A DNA stretch of 55,820 nt, counting the filler, from Blastocystis sp. subtype 4 (lineage: Eukaryota): NCBI RefSeq assembly GCF_000743755.1. It is 2 parts of 2 records of this genome, joined end to end, with 100 filler letters (N's around TTAATTAATTAA, not from the genome) between each part and the next. Parts side by side here need not be neighbours in the genome. Positions count along the whole stretch, not along the records: positions 1 to 27,909 come from NW_014569411.1; positions 28,010 to 55,820 come from NW_014569410.1. The stretch is one strand, 5' to 3'. A model generated the notes under the pieces. That model had not been told where the DNA came from and ran no database searches. It worked only from the letters and a program-made list of their open reading frames with translations. The translations under genes and the position numbers were made by a program. Positions 27,594 through 41,162 of this stretch are shown here, piece by piece; the first letter of the stretch is position 1, and each line of letters opens with the position of its first letter.

Positions 27594-27909
27594 TCAAATC
27601 TTCTGGTACTGTTTTCTCTCGAGTGTTTTCAAGGATCCCTCGTGAGTTCTCTTCTTCATTGAAATAATTTTAGCCATAACCAAAACTACAAAACAGAATA
27701 GGATTACACCACCAATAACCATCAATACTATCGCCAAGATTGTGAATCTCTTCACAACAAGAGTCAAGATTGTCTCTTCAGATCCCACTTCATTCCATAC
27801 TTGAATACTCACATCAATAGGATCTCCTAAGGTACTTGGAATACCTGAAATCTCTCCTGTCATCTCATTCAGTTGTATACCATCTGGAAGAACACTTGAA
27901 GTCATACGG
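27594..27909 (-). CDS. C-terminal fragment of an Ig-like (He_PIG-type) repeat membrane protein, cut by the assembly gap
   Basis: LPDGIQLNEMTGEISGIPS...VWNEVGS, then TM helix and basic tail; motif at 27557-27564. Confidence 0.75.
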
Positions 27910-28009
27910 NNNNNNNNNNNNNNNNNNNNNNNNNNNNNNNNNNNNNNNNNNNNTTAATTAATTAANNNNNNNNNNNNNNNNNNNNNNNNNNNNNNNNNNN
28001 NNNNNNNNN
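27910..28009. other. Assembly gap / artificial contig linker (44 N + TTAATTAATTAA + 44 N)
   Basis: Exactly 100 nt and symmetric; the central 12-mer gives stops in all six frames. Confidence 0.95.
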
Positions 28010-28788
28010 TAGAAATTGAGTGATTCTGCTATTGAAAGGAGAGAAAGGAATAATCCTATCATTAATGTGTTCATCAAATGTCTGGATACTCTACAATCCC
28101 ATGAAAGTTCACTTAGAGGATTCAACTCGATGTCCTTCATTCTCAATATTATCAATCCATTTGTCAATTATGTCATTTCTGGAAGATAAGAGAACAACAT
28201 CCAAAGAGGTTCATAACTTGCAAAATGTAGAAACCAACAAGATACGTATACATTTATTGGTAACGCAGAAGTATTGACAATTCTAGAAAGTGGAAACCCT
28301 ACTTTTGGTCTATGATTTTCAAATATTACTGCACAGATAACTGTACATGCAATGATTATATGACGTTCCCAAGCATTTTCTCATTCCATTTGGTAACAGA
28401 AATCATAGCTCCTTAATAATTTGGGATAAGTATAGATGAAAGTAACTTCCAAGACTCATGAGGATAGTCGTCCGTATAGTGTGAGTTGATAATCATAGAC
28501 TCATAACAGTATTCTTAGTTTTCGAGCCCACTTCATTTTTCACCTAACTCACATTTCGGTAAATATAAAGGCAACTACTAATATCGAAACTGATGATATG
28601 TGGTCTCATAGTTCTTTGATTGAGCATTCCAAAGAATTGGTTAATCCTGTTTGCTGTATGATAGCATTCCTAGTATGTTTCATTGTTCATTGTGTGTTTC
28701 AAACAATAATTTGATAATGAAATGGCGCTATATGATTGGCTAATTGATAATATCCAATTATCATGGACATTAATCAAAATCGCATTCA

Positions 28789-31700
28789 ATGTGCCTTTTG
28801 AGTATCATATTATTCGTTCTTGCAGGTGAATAAGCTGTGCTTATATATCATATCTAGTTGTTGTTGCAATTGACTGTGAATCTCCAGCTTTGCCTCTTTC
28901 TATCCAGAGAGTACATGGCTCTTCTTCAGATAAAGAGGCATTTCAGATTTGGGAAGGAGATGATGGAACTGGGACTTTGATCCTTGAGAAAGATGGTGTG
29001 AACTGTGATGCTACTACCGTCATTTATGAGGTCTGCGTCAATCCTACACTTCACACATTAGTTCTTCAAGATGGGTAATGGTTGATCCTCCTGTTCATTC
29101 TAGATATGAAGCTGGATGGTCAAAGGATTCGTATCTGATATTAAAGCTAAGTAATGATATTGCTATTGGACGTTTCACTCTTGACAAATATGGTCGTCGT
29201 GTTCAAAAGTTCAATCCGACGTTCCAGGTGCCAAGAGGATCAACATGGAAATATAGTAATGCTGAAGTAGAGAACTGGACAAGTTCTTCCTTCAATGATG
29301 GTAGTTGGTCAGCTTCGAGTCAGGGTGCCTTCCCTTGGGTTGCTGATGGTGAATACACTCGTTATTATCGCGCTACTGTGTCACTTCCTGACTTGACTGG
29401 ATACTCTTCCTTTGAACTGTCAGTGAACTCTCGCTATGGTCTTATTATGTATGTGAATGGAGAAGAGATCTATCGTAACAATCTGCCTACTGTTGGAGTC
29501 ACTGAATCAACTCCATCTCAAGGTGATGACTCTTCTTATGAATACAGAAGAGCCTTTGCATCACGTTATCTTCTAACTCCTACAACTGTACTTGCTGTTG
29601 AGGTTCACTTCCCTTCAGGTCATACGAATATGGAAGATCATTTTGATGCCTTCTTCAGTCTTGTATATGGAAATAGCTTCAGAGCATTTGATGGAAGCAC
29701 ATCAGGTACTCATCAAACTGATTATACTGGAGAATATGGTGTGAACAGCATGGATGATCAACGTATCAATAAATGGTTCATGAATAGTCTTCCAGCCTAT
29801 ACAACTTATACATTCAATAAGAAGCGAGCTGAGTTTGTCAACATGTATAAGATCATTTATGGTGATTATGATACTGGTCGTCGTCCTGTTTCATTCACTC
29901 TTGAAGGATCTAATGATGGAACTAACTGGGATATGTTGGATTATCGATACAGTGTAACTCCTGCTAACTTCAAAGCTGCTCTTGTCTTCACAATGCCTCA
30001 GATTCGTCATGGATACAGAATGTTCAAGATTACGATTGCAGCCAGTGGAAGTACACAATCTGAACTCTCAGATATCTCTCTCTATGCAATTGATCTGCCT
30101 CTTGTGGATACAGTGATTGATTATGGAAGGAGTTATACCTTCTTCCCTGGTCAGACAGTTAAGATCAGTCCTACTGCAAAGGGATTCAAACAATGGCTTC
30201 TTGATACTGCCTTGCCTTCAGGTCTCACACTCAATGCTGATAATGGAGACATCACTGGAACTGTTAGTACGAGTGCAACATTGGGTTTCAAGAAGTATGA
30301 TGTGTTAGTTCGTCGTGAAGAAACTGGAAGTACATTGTATATTGGATCTGTGAATATAACCATCGATACTTGCACAGGAGAGAATCGTAGACTGAAGTTG
30401 GTGAAGACAAATGGAGTTCGTCGTGGAACCGAGTCTGTGGTGATAAAGCAGGGTGATGTGGTGTTGGAGACCTTTGTAACACCTGATGACACTGGAAACA
30501 ATGCTGCAGTTCTCATACTGTCGAGTATTGTCTTCCTTCAGGTCTGTATACGATGGAATTCATCGAGGAGACTGGATTAGGATGGTCCGATGGTTCTTAT
30601 GTGACTCTGAGTACAATGGATGGAGAAGGTAACGAAGTAAAGATTGGAAACTATGGAGGCATTAAGGGAGGTGATTCCTTCAAGTTTGCTCTTGGTTCTC
30701 TCACTATGACAGCTCAGAATTTGATGGATTCTACACTGGGAGTTATCTCCACTTCAGTAACTGTAGATTGTGAAGCAACCAGTGAGTATCCAGCATTGGC
30801 TCATGGTGAGTCCATGGTGACAAGTTGTCCTCCCAACTACATTGGATATGGTCGCGTCCGTTGTATTGAAGGTGAGTTTACTGATATCGAATTGGATCAT
30901 TGTTCCATCCGTTCATCAACCATCTTCACCTTTGGTTTCACAACGCTTCATCTCTTGACAGGTGTGGCTATGACTCCCATGACTCTCTTGGCTGATGCGA
31001 ACTTCAACTCGCTAACGATCGATAAAGAATTACCTGCTGGATTGGTATTCCGAGGAAGAGAACTGTCTGGAATTCCCACTGAGGCTACAGAGACCACAGT
31101 ATACACATTCACAGGAGAAAATCCTGCTGGAACGGTCACAACGACTCTGACAATCACTGTAGAGGATAATAGTTGTGCTGCTATTGACTCCTTCCCAGCT
31201 ACATGCAATGGTTGTATCTCCTTTTCCTTTGAAGGTTGTCCAGAACATATGCATGGAAGAGTCTCACGTGTATGTACGAATGGCTTGTTTGGTCCCCTTG
31301 ATATGTCTGAGTGTATCTATGACTCAGTCACCGGGCTTCAGTATTTGCCAACCTCTTTCACCTTCACCGCTGGCGAGAGTATCGTGATTGATAAGCCAGA
31401 TACTAACGGATTCATTTATGGCTTCTCCATTTCTCCAAATACACCTCTTACCATCAGTAGTACTGGAGAAATCATAGGAGTTCTTCCTGAAGCTGGTTCT
31501 TATTCATTTACAATAACAGCTTGGAATCCTGAAGGCAGTATACAAACTACAATCAGTATTACGATCAATCCAAAGCCTTGTACAATTGTGAATGGTATTT
31601 CTATAGTCTCAGGTCAGCGAGTATTATCAGCTTGTCCTTCCTATCATACTGGAAACGCTTATCGTATATGTCGGAATGGTGTGTTGTCAGCTGTTCAATA

Positions 31701-32445
31701 TGATGAATGTGTTTTGCTTCCTCCTTCAGGTTTCAGTTATAGTAGTGATGAGATAACGATACCAGTATATTCTTCTTTCAATACAGGCTTTCCTACCTAT
31801 TCTTCTATCGTAGAGTCTTTTTCTATAACTCCATATAACTCAGAAGTGATCATTAACCGCTCCACAGGAACTGTGGGTGGGCTACCAACAGAGGAAGGGG
31901 TGACTGTTTTCACAATTACTGCAAGTAACGCTGCTGGCAGTACTTCATTTGAATTAACATTGAGAGCGGTTGGTTTGACTTGTCCTGCTATGAAGGATGT
32001 TCCTGAGACTGCTGTGGGTGAGAGTTATTCTTTTGATTGTACGACTTTGGAGGGATACAAGGGTGTATCGACACATACTTGTCTGTTGTCTGCAGATCAA
32101 CGGTCAGCAAAGTGGAGTACTCCTTCTGAGTTCTGTCAAAGAAGAGTAGTTCGCATTGATCCTCCTATTATTCTCATCTTTCTGTTTAGTGTTATTATCT
32201 TTGGTTGTGCTCTATTCATGAGAATTCAAGATGAGAGATTAAACTTACTCCCTATTTTAAATCGTCGTAAGGTACCTACTCCTTCTTCTGGTCTTGAAGA
32301 GGATGATGCATTTGCTGCTTCGTCTGAATCTGATGTCAGCAGTGTTCTACAACAGATTCTATCGGAGTCGGAAGCTGTTTCAGTAGAACCAGAGAAACCA
32401 GTCGAGTCATCGCCTTCAGAACCATCTCTTCCTACAAACCAATAG
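28789..32445 (+). CDS. Large type-I surface protein (signal peptide, galactose-binding/F5-8-like domains, Ig-like repeats with Cys-rich modules, TM); apparent frameshift near 30510
   Basis: MCLLSIILFVLA plus 32-nt intron 28826-28857; RPVSFTLEGSNDGTNW; LPSGLTLNADNGDITG and LPAGLVF...LSGIP repeats; TM IILIFLFSVIIFGCALFM. Confidence 0.75.
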
Positions 32446-32609
32446 TTGTATTTAGTATCTTTCGACGTTTTCTGTTAATAACGTAAAGGAACTCTTCTTT
32501 TTTTTGTGATATAATGTTTGATTGATAAAATCAAGGGAATTTCGTCATAGTAAAAAAGTACTAAATCTATCGATCATAGTAAATTTGTTTAGGTTTACCT
32601 AACCCAAAG

Positions 32610-33853
32610 ATGTCTATGAGTAAGAAGGAGCAAATACGGCGACTGCTGTATGACTTCCCTAGTGTGAAGCAATGTGGTAACGATTTTTATGTTGATGCAA
32701 TTATCTCAAACAAGCCATACACTCTCAGTGAGATTTAGGAGATTGAGTAACGATCCAGAGTTATCAGTGGGTAACGCATTTCCAAGTGGAGGAGTATCTC
32801 TGCAATTCACGAAACCTGTTCAAGGTCAAATGATTGCAGTAAATGAGTTGTCCGTTTGTGATAGTCGTCTTCAGAACTTTAATGGAATGACATGGATCAG
32901 CGATACTTGTTGGAATATGTAATAAATGATGATATGTAGTAAAGGATATTTTGCGGTTGTTGAATCAAACTGGTATCAAAGATCGATACGAAGGAACGAT
33001 TTTTAGTCAGGGATCCATGCAACAACCTCAAGGTACAGGCATAAATCCAATGTACACTGGATCAGGAAGTATGGGACACTCTCCTACGCCTACTGGAATG
33101 CTACAGAATCCTCAAGCTGGTATGATCCAAAATCCTCAAGCTAGTATACCCCATACTCCTCAAGCTGGTATACCACCGAACCCTCAAGTTGGTATGCCTA
33201 TGCTTCCAGTGAATGGCATGGCTCCGAATATTCGAACAGATATACCTCCGACTGAATGGTGGGAACAAGAACTTCAGTTTTTAGCCCTCGATAGAAAGAG
33301 GTAAATCTTAGGAGAGTAGTGAAATGTAGCGAAGCAGAGTTGACCCAGTTGATTAACAACCAGTCAGTTCGTGATCAATATTTCAATCGAAATGCTCAAG
33401 TTACGATTATGAAGAAGACAATTTCTCTTGCTCAGCGTCACCTTGATGAGTATTCGGGGTGTCTGGAAAAGGTAAGAATTTGAGAAGGATGTTATAGGTA
33501 GTATGAAACAGAACTTGGACAGTACAAAGCGAGACAGAAAGAAGTAGAAGCAAAAGAAAAGGAAATACAGATCTTGCAAGATCGACTGTCTTCGAAGATG
33601 CAGGTACTGAAAATGAATAGTACTAAACTGTAGATGCATAAGCCAGAAGAGTTGTTTGATAAAGTGACACAGAGAATCTCTTCCTTAAGGAACACCTCGG
33701 AAGTTATGAAGATGCAGTATGTAAACCAAGAGATTTCTGCTTCTGTAGTGCGAAGAGAGAGGACTGACAAATAGGATTTTGCAAAACAGTATAGAGATGT
33801 AGCATGTGAACTGAATATGCTTCAGTCTTGTATGGATTGTTGCCAGAAGTGTT
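32610..33853 (+). CDS. VPS37-like ESCRT-I subunit (N-terminal domain, Pro/Gln linker, Mod(r)-like coiled coil)
   Basis: NPQAG repeats; coiled coil ending SEVMKMQY...DFAKQYRDVA; ends AAG TGT T, 4 nt, TGTTTGTT (33858-33865). Confidence 0.55.
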
Positions 33854-33897
33854 GCTGTGTTTGTTTAGAATCCATCTATTGTGGTTGTCAAAACTCA

Positions 33898-34689
33898 ATG
33901 AGTTCGACAAGAGGGTATAGGAGAAACAAACCAGAAGAACCTGATTGGAGAACACGCGAGAATCGAGGTCATTCGTGGTTCACGAATATGAAACGTGAAA
34001 AGGACAAGAAGAAGAGTGGTATGTTTGAATGAAGGTTCTGGGTAATATGTAGCGGTTGTTTTCTGTCAGCGTTGTCACAGCCATGACCATTTTACTTATC
34101 AATGCAAGAATGAACGTATATATCAAACAAGACCATCTGAAACACAGCAAGTAAGATGTTTGGTATTATTGATGATGTGTAGCTAAAACACCCAAAATTG
34201 ATTCCTAAGTTAACATTGGAAACTCCCCCAGATGTATTGGAAAAGAGACAAAAAGAATCACAGAAGTTGATTACTGAAACGAATTCGCTTCTTGAGAAGA
34301 AGAATGATGTGAAAGATGAGAGTTACAGCTATAGCTACAGTTATAGTTATAGCTACTCTGATGATGGGAAAGAGAAGGAGGATAATAGCTATAGCTATAG
34401 TTATAGTTACAGTGATGAATCAGATGCTGAAGAGCCAAAGAAAAAGTCTACATCGAAGCCAGAGGCATTCAACATTTTAAACAAGAAGAAGAGTCCTGAA
34501 GCCCGTCGTTCTCCTGTCAAGCTCCTGAAACGAAAGGATCGCTCTCCATCATATTCCTATTCTAGTTACAGTTATTCGGATTCTGATATAGAGAAGAAAG
34601 AAGATAACCGGAAGCGTAGCCCTTCACCTGAAAAACAGAAAGAGCGAAAGAGGGCGAGATATTCTTCTTCTTCAGAGGATTCTGATTAG
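33898..34689 (+). CDS. ZCCHC10-like zinc-knuckle protein with SY-repeat, Ser-rich tail
   Basis: CQRCHSHDHFTYQCKNERIYQTRPS; SYSYSY tracts; motif at 34699-34706. Confidence 0.7.
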
Positions 34690-34948
34690 ATGTTGACGTG
34701 TTTGTTTTTGAGTCGGAAATGATTTGTTAGTGATTCTTCCAACAGTAGAATGAAGATAGAGAGTTCTGGGTGTAGGATCCGAGTCTTGTAAATCGTGGAA
34801 ACGGGAAACGTGGAACCGACATCCAAATCAGTTCCCGTTTCGTACATCCGTTTTCTGGTTGATGAACACGGACAAGAATCTGTATACTGATATAGCTTGT
34901 ATTGATGAAGTGTTTTGATAACTTGTAGCTATCAGTATCGGTCGAATA

Positions 34949-35814
34949 ATGCCGCCGCTTATTCCACGACCTTGTTCTCATAGCTGTGATATCTCCAATA
35001 GGGTCGAGAAAAAAATGAAAGAAATTCAAGTTCTGGTATCCCAATTGGGTGGACTCTTAAACGAGATGAAGCCGCCTCTGTGCTCAATAGATCCTGTAAA
35101 GAAGAAAGCATATGACAACATATATCACTCGCTAATGAGTATTTTATCAACAGCTCCCATACCAGTCCCGGTATTTTCACATCCTCCTGTCCTTCAGCGA
35201 TCGATGTGTCAGTCGGTATCATTGGGAATGATTCATTCGGATTCTATCTCTTCATTTAGTTCTGTTCCAAGCTCACAGTGTAGTTTGTTTGTATTGTTCT
35301 TTGATTTATAGTAAATGATGATCAGGATCGTGCAGAGAATGACGTGTTTTGGGTAGGATTACTCTCGATGTCATTAGAATAGAATGTGGTTTACGAAGTA
35401 TTTCCAGAATGGAAGGATAAGAAGACAACTCACGAAAACGCTGCTTACTTTCATCGGTTCCTTGAGAAGAAGAACTATGATTGTAATCATCACTTCCGAG
35501 GACGAACAACTGACACTGAATTTGCTAAGCGAATGGAGTTCTTTTTAGATGAGATTGAAAAACGTGGATTGGACTGGAAGAAATGTATGCGCAAGTTGAA
35601 ACGGAGATGTTGTGATCTTTTACGGTATGAGAGAATTAACAATGCGAAGACTGGTAGTGAAGTGAAGAAGGAGTCTGCAGAGTACTCCGATTATATTGCT
35701 CTTTTTGGGAGTATTGCAAAACAGAATCTTTCTGAGTTTCAAGCGAAACCTGGAGACTCAGAAACTCTTCCTTCAATAATTAAGGAGGAAAAGGTGGATA
35801 GTAGTTGCTCGTAA
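34949..35814 (+). CDS. Hypothetical protein (two main coding blocks)
   Basis: ORFs 34949-35311 and 35386-35814 joinable by short GT-AG introns; no family recognised. Confidence 0.5.
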
Positions 35815-36093
35815 TTGTTATTGGATATAAGTCTTCGATGCAGGCGCATCTCTGCTCAACAAAGGCATTCAGTGATGTGCACTTTTCATAGCGCTCTTTC
35901 TGTACTTTTGTTCCTTATTAGTATTTGTCCTTTTTCTCTAGTTTTATTATGTTTGTTACTCAGGATGACACAAATGTGATTGATATTACGTCTCTCTAAA
36001 TCACTAACAGATGCTGAAGAGAAGTTGATAAATGAATGGAATAGAATGCAGATGGGAACACAAACACACTTTTCTTATTCGAAAGTAAGAAGA

Positions 36094-37992
36094 ATGAGAT
36101 CGTATTTGCTGCTGTGTGTGCTAACCCTTGCTCTTGTTTCTGCCAAGAGATATTCGGTTTCGTACGATGAGAGGAGAAACTCGTAGGATATGTATTTGAT
36201 GGTCAGGTTCAGGTTCACTGTGACAACAGGATACATGCGAGGATCTGTTGCTACGTTGTCGTATGAAGATAAGATCGAGACAACTGGTTGGGGTCAGATT
36301 CGACTGCATACTTCTAGAGCCTTTCCCGATCAAGTCCAAGCTATGGCCGCTGGGTAGATAGTGTTATTTGTTGGCTTATCGTGTTAGCTTTATTGAAGGG
36401 TATGTTGAGTACGAACGTATTTCTCAGCATATCAGCAATATTCGTGCAATCAACTTCTTAGGAAAGCCCATTCCTGAGGGAATTACCACTTATCTTTCTC
36501 AACAAATTGAATTTATTCGTTCAATGGTTCGTAGGATCTTTGTTTCAGTAAGTTTATCCTAGTGAATCCCCCTGCTGGAGAAGAAAAATACTGGAAACAT
36601 GTTGGTCTGATGATGGATCAGTTGGAGGGTATGATGATGGGGTTTGACATATTTCCTGTCCTTAAGAGCTAGATACAATGAAGTTGCTCCTGAAAGTGAA
36701 AGAATCTCCTTCCAAGATCTGTACATGCACAATGCAGATGGAGATATGGAGACCCTTTTGGATATCTATCGTCCCGATGAACGTGAAGTAATGATTTTGA
36801 GTGGTCTTAAGACTAGTGGTTGGAAATGTTAGATTGCTCTGCTCTGGTTCGTATGACCAGTGATGGAGAAATTTATATGGGTCATGCAACCTGGAGAAAC
36901 TACGCTGCTATGCTCCGTCACTACAAATTCTATGAATTCCAATTCAGTGATGGTGAGGTCCGATTGTCATTCTCTGCATCTCCAGGTTTGTAATGTGATG
37001 ATAATTGATAACTAGGTTTCATTAACTCAAAGGATGACTTCTATGTGAATGGATATGGCATTGGTTCAATGGAAACTACGAATGCTATCTTTGACGAAAA
37101 ACTGTACAAATATTGTACTCCAAATACAGTCCCTTCTTTCATTGTAGTTATGATTGAGAATGATTAGAGATAGCGTTCTCAAGTGTGTAATGTACTTGCC
37201 AAGGATCCAAAGACTTGGGTTGACATGTTTGAGATGTACAATAGTGGTACCTATAATAATCAAGTATTCCCGTGATTATCGGTTCATGGATAGTGGATGG
37301 CAATTGACTTGAATGGATTTGGAAAGAAGGAGAATATTATGTGGATTGTGGAGCAGATCCCTGGTGAGACCATGAAGAAGGATGTTACTTCGTATTTGTA
37401 TGAGGATGTGATGATTGTGAATGGAAGTGATAGATAGGGATATTGGGGTTCTTATAATATTCCATATTTCGAGGAGATTTATGATAAGTCTGGATACAAC
37501 ACTCAACCTCATATTCCTGATAATGATTACTACAATTGCAGTCGTCATAATATCTTCAAGCGTGATGCTGTTGAGACTGAATGGGTTGTCTTATATGTAG
37601 CCTCGTATCCAGACATTGGAAGAGTTTAAGAAGGTTATGCGCTCCAACAGTTATCTGACTGATCCTCTCTCAGAAGGCAATCCTAAGCATGTATGTGAGA
37701 GATGTGGAATAAGACCCAGACCATAGCATCTCGTTATGATTTGTTCGACGAGAAACCTCGTCATTTCGGAGGAATTGATAGCAAGGTTACCTCAACCTCT
37801 CTTCATAAGGCTAATATGGGAGTATATATGGCTAGTGGTCCTAGTCGTGATGGATGTCCTGCTTTCTCGTTGGAATAAGGAGGATGGATGATGGATAGAT
37901 GGAGTGAATGGATGAAGACACATGAGGCTGTTCAGCATCTGGGTCATCCTGATGTATTCGATTTTGACTATGTCTATGGTGATTTTGCATGA
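36094..37992 (+). CDS. Phospholipase B-like (PLBD/LAMA family) secreted or lysosomal Ntn hydrolase
   Basis: Signal peptide; ETTGWG; nucleophile CSALVR; GHATW; NSKDDFY; YNSGTYNNQW; EQIPG; YWGSYNIPYF; GGIDSKV; motif at 38008-38015. Confidence 0.9.
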
Positions 37993-38159
37993 TCGTCTTG
38001 ACTCTAATGTTTGTTGCAAACACTCAGGTTTATTGGTCTTTAGCCTGCTAAGTATCATTGATCGATTTCTAGAGTTCCCTCCCTAATTGTCATTAGGATT
38101 CATTCAACTTGGAAGCGAAAGTGACGTTGGAAAGACTATAGTTTGTTAAGAAGAAAACG

Positions 38160-41135
38160 ATGGATGACAAGGTGAAGGACCAAAGCAGAGAGGAGATAGT
38201 TGATGTACTTCACAAATGGTTTGTTGTTTTTTGATTGTATAAAACGTAGGTTTGGATACAAAGAATTCCGAAGTAAACAATACGGTAGTTCTTGAGTCAG
38301 ATTCTTGATTTTCAGATGCAATTCGTTCTTGCCTCGATGGATTTGATGTTATCGTATTGATGCCTACAGGAGGTTTCATTGCAGAACTGGATTCATAACT
38401 AGGTGGTAAATCATTGTGTTATCAGATTCCTCCACTTGTGAAAAACGGTTTATGTGTAGTAATTTCTCCTCTCATTGCGTTGATGCAAGATCAGCGTTTC
38501 TTTGTTTCTCTGGTTTCATTTATAGTTCGAGAGCTAAAAAATCGTAAGATTCCATGTGCCTATCTTTCAAGTTCGCAAACCTCTCTCGAGTATCGTTCGG
38601 TACTCAAAACTCTAAATACAGTTCCCTGTCCCTACAGACTATTATACGTTACCCCTGAACGTTTCCAAGTAGCAGAGTTTGTTGATTTGTTGAGTCTGAT
38701 CCGTTCTCGAGGTGAACTCACTCTGATCGCTGTTGATGAAGCTCACTGTATCAGCACGTATATTTCCTGTGTTTCTATGACATGTAGGTGGGGACATGAT
38801 TTCCGTTCAGCCTATCGAGAATTATCAACACTCCGAGGTAACTTTCCTGATGTGCCCATTATGGCGCTATCAGCAACAGCAACAAAGGTTTGATGTGTGT
38901 GAGTGACATAATATCCAGCAAATTGTGGATGATGTGAAGAAGCAACTTGGTATTCCCTACGCAAAAGTGATTTCAGAATCATTTGATCGGCCGAACATTT
39001 TTTACTCCATTTTCAATGCCGAAAATATGGATAGATTTGAACATGTTAAAGAATACCTTTCAAAATATCGAAGTCAATCTGTCATCATTTATGGTAGAAT
39101 TCCACTTATAATCACAACTAGTCCGAAAGAAAGATGATGCTGAGCGTCTTCAGCGTGATCTTACAAAAGAGGGTTATTTAGCTACAGTATATCACGGTTC
39201 ACTTCCTGCATGTTTCGATTCTTTAAATAATCGATAGAATAAAGAGAAAGAGAAAGCACTAAAAGATTGGATTTCGGACACTGTCAATATCATTGTTGCA
39301 ACCATTGCTTTTGGAATGGGAATCAATAAAGTATAGTATGAGTCATAGATTGATAATCATAGAACAATGTACGTTTAGTGGTTCACTGGAATATTCCGCA
39401 ATCTCTCTATAATTACTATCAAGAGAGTGGTCGTGCAGGTCGTGACGGACAGTCTTCAGAAAGTATAATCTATTTTAGTAGTGAAGATGTGTAAGAAGAA
39501 TGATGAATCTGATATGTTAGGAACAGTATCGCATTTATGATTCGACGAGATGAGAATGAAGAGCATGTTCGTAAGCATCAAATTCCCGTGATCACCTTAG
39601 GAAGAGCACTTGATGAATTGGAGGGCGTGAAGCAGTTTTGTACTGGATTTTCTTGTCGTCGAAAGCAGTTACTGAAATACTTCCAGGAGAAAGTAATAGT
39701 ATTCAGCTCGTTAGATGTAGATGCAACCGAGAGACAAATCGACTTGTTGTGACTTTTGTAAAGTGAGAACGATGGGTTGTATTCATTATAGAACCCTGAG
39801 TTAACGAGAAATACAAATGCTATAGTGACACGCTTACCACCAACTTCATCTCGAATGTTATCCTTGTCAATGAAGAGTCGAATGCAAGAATACTCCACTA
39901 ATGAAGGAGGTCGCTTTATTACTGCAAAAGAAATGATGGATCGATTCCCGCAGGAAACTGAGGAAAAATCGCGTCCAAGAAACAATGGACTGTTTGAAGT
40001 GGACAGTCAAGGCCGATTTGTCGATAAGCACGAAGAGGAGAAAGCAAACGTTGGAATGAGCATGCGAGATCTGGTATTTCAGACAGCACGAGAGATGCAG
40101 GGAGGAACGTCTTTTGTCTCGGAGAGTGTACCAAAGAAGAAGGTCAAGAATGGAAGTTTGCAAGGAAAGATCCTTTTAAAGACAACTCCAAAAGTTCAAC
40201 CAATTTCTGTCGTCACTGCAGAATCTTCCTCAGAGGCCCAAAAACGCCAACACCTCCGTGAACTCCTCCAGAAGCAACAAGCCATGAAGGCTGAAGCCGT
40301 AGCTCAGCAGAAGGAAGAGGAGTTATACAAACAGCAAATTAGCATCCAGCGATCTGCTCGATTGCGAGGTGAAGAACCTCCTTCTGGAAGTCGCAAGCGG
40401 TCTTCACCAACTCTACCAGTGTAACGCTTGTTCCTCAATGAAACTCCTAGATCAGAACAACTGTTGAAGAAAGTGAAGGAATCATCATTGAATGCTTGTG
40501 GCGATGTATCAACCAGAGTGAGAAAGAAGTGTGTTGATAGGTATGAATGAATGAAGAGATTAAATCACAGAATCGCTTCTAAGTTTGAAGTTGCTTTGGT
40601 TGGATATGTCCCGAGGGAATGGATCAGTTGTTTGGCATATCAACAAGCTCGAGTTCAAGAACATGTTTTGATGGAGAAGGCATCCCAATCTCCGCGCGAA
40701 AAACAATGTGATATTCGATCCCTTTTTGGTGGAAAGAATGCTGGGAAAGTTAATGACAGTAAGAGCGGAGTTAAGAAGAAATATCAGCAAGGAATCGCAA
40801 AACTGTTCACAGAACTACAGAAATGTGAGAAGGAAGAGCGATTACCCCGATTTCTTCCTATTTTTGGTGAAGATGTGAAGAAGAAGTAGAGTAAGAGAAA
40901 TATTCTGATTGATAGGGTTTCTGGAGATTCGGCAAGTTTGATGAATCGATGTCGTTTAAGTCTGCTTCGGTTTGTTCCTTCAGAAGGCATGGAAGGCATT
41001 GTGGAATTTGTAGCAGAGACGATAAGTGAGAACACCCCAAAAGATGGAAGTCGAAGCGAATTCATTCAGAAGATTCATCGATGTGTTGATAAGTGTATTG
41101 ATACTGGACAACCGTTTTTGGTGAAACGGGAATAG
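38160..41135 (+). CDS. RecQ-family DNA helicase with long C-terminal extension
   Basis: [77 protein letters not shown]. Confidence 0.92.
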
Positions 41136-41162
41136 ACATGATTTGTTCCAAACAAACAAGCG

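Noticed and set aside
27954..27965. TTAATTAATTAA palindrome as a piggyBac target or regulatory site
   Set aside because: Centred in a symmetric 100-nt N spacer; assembly artefact
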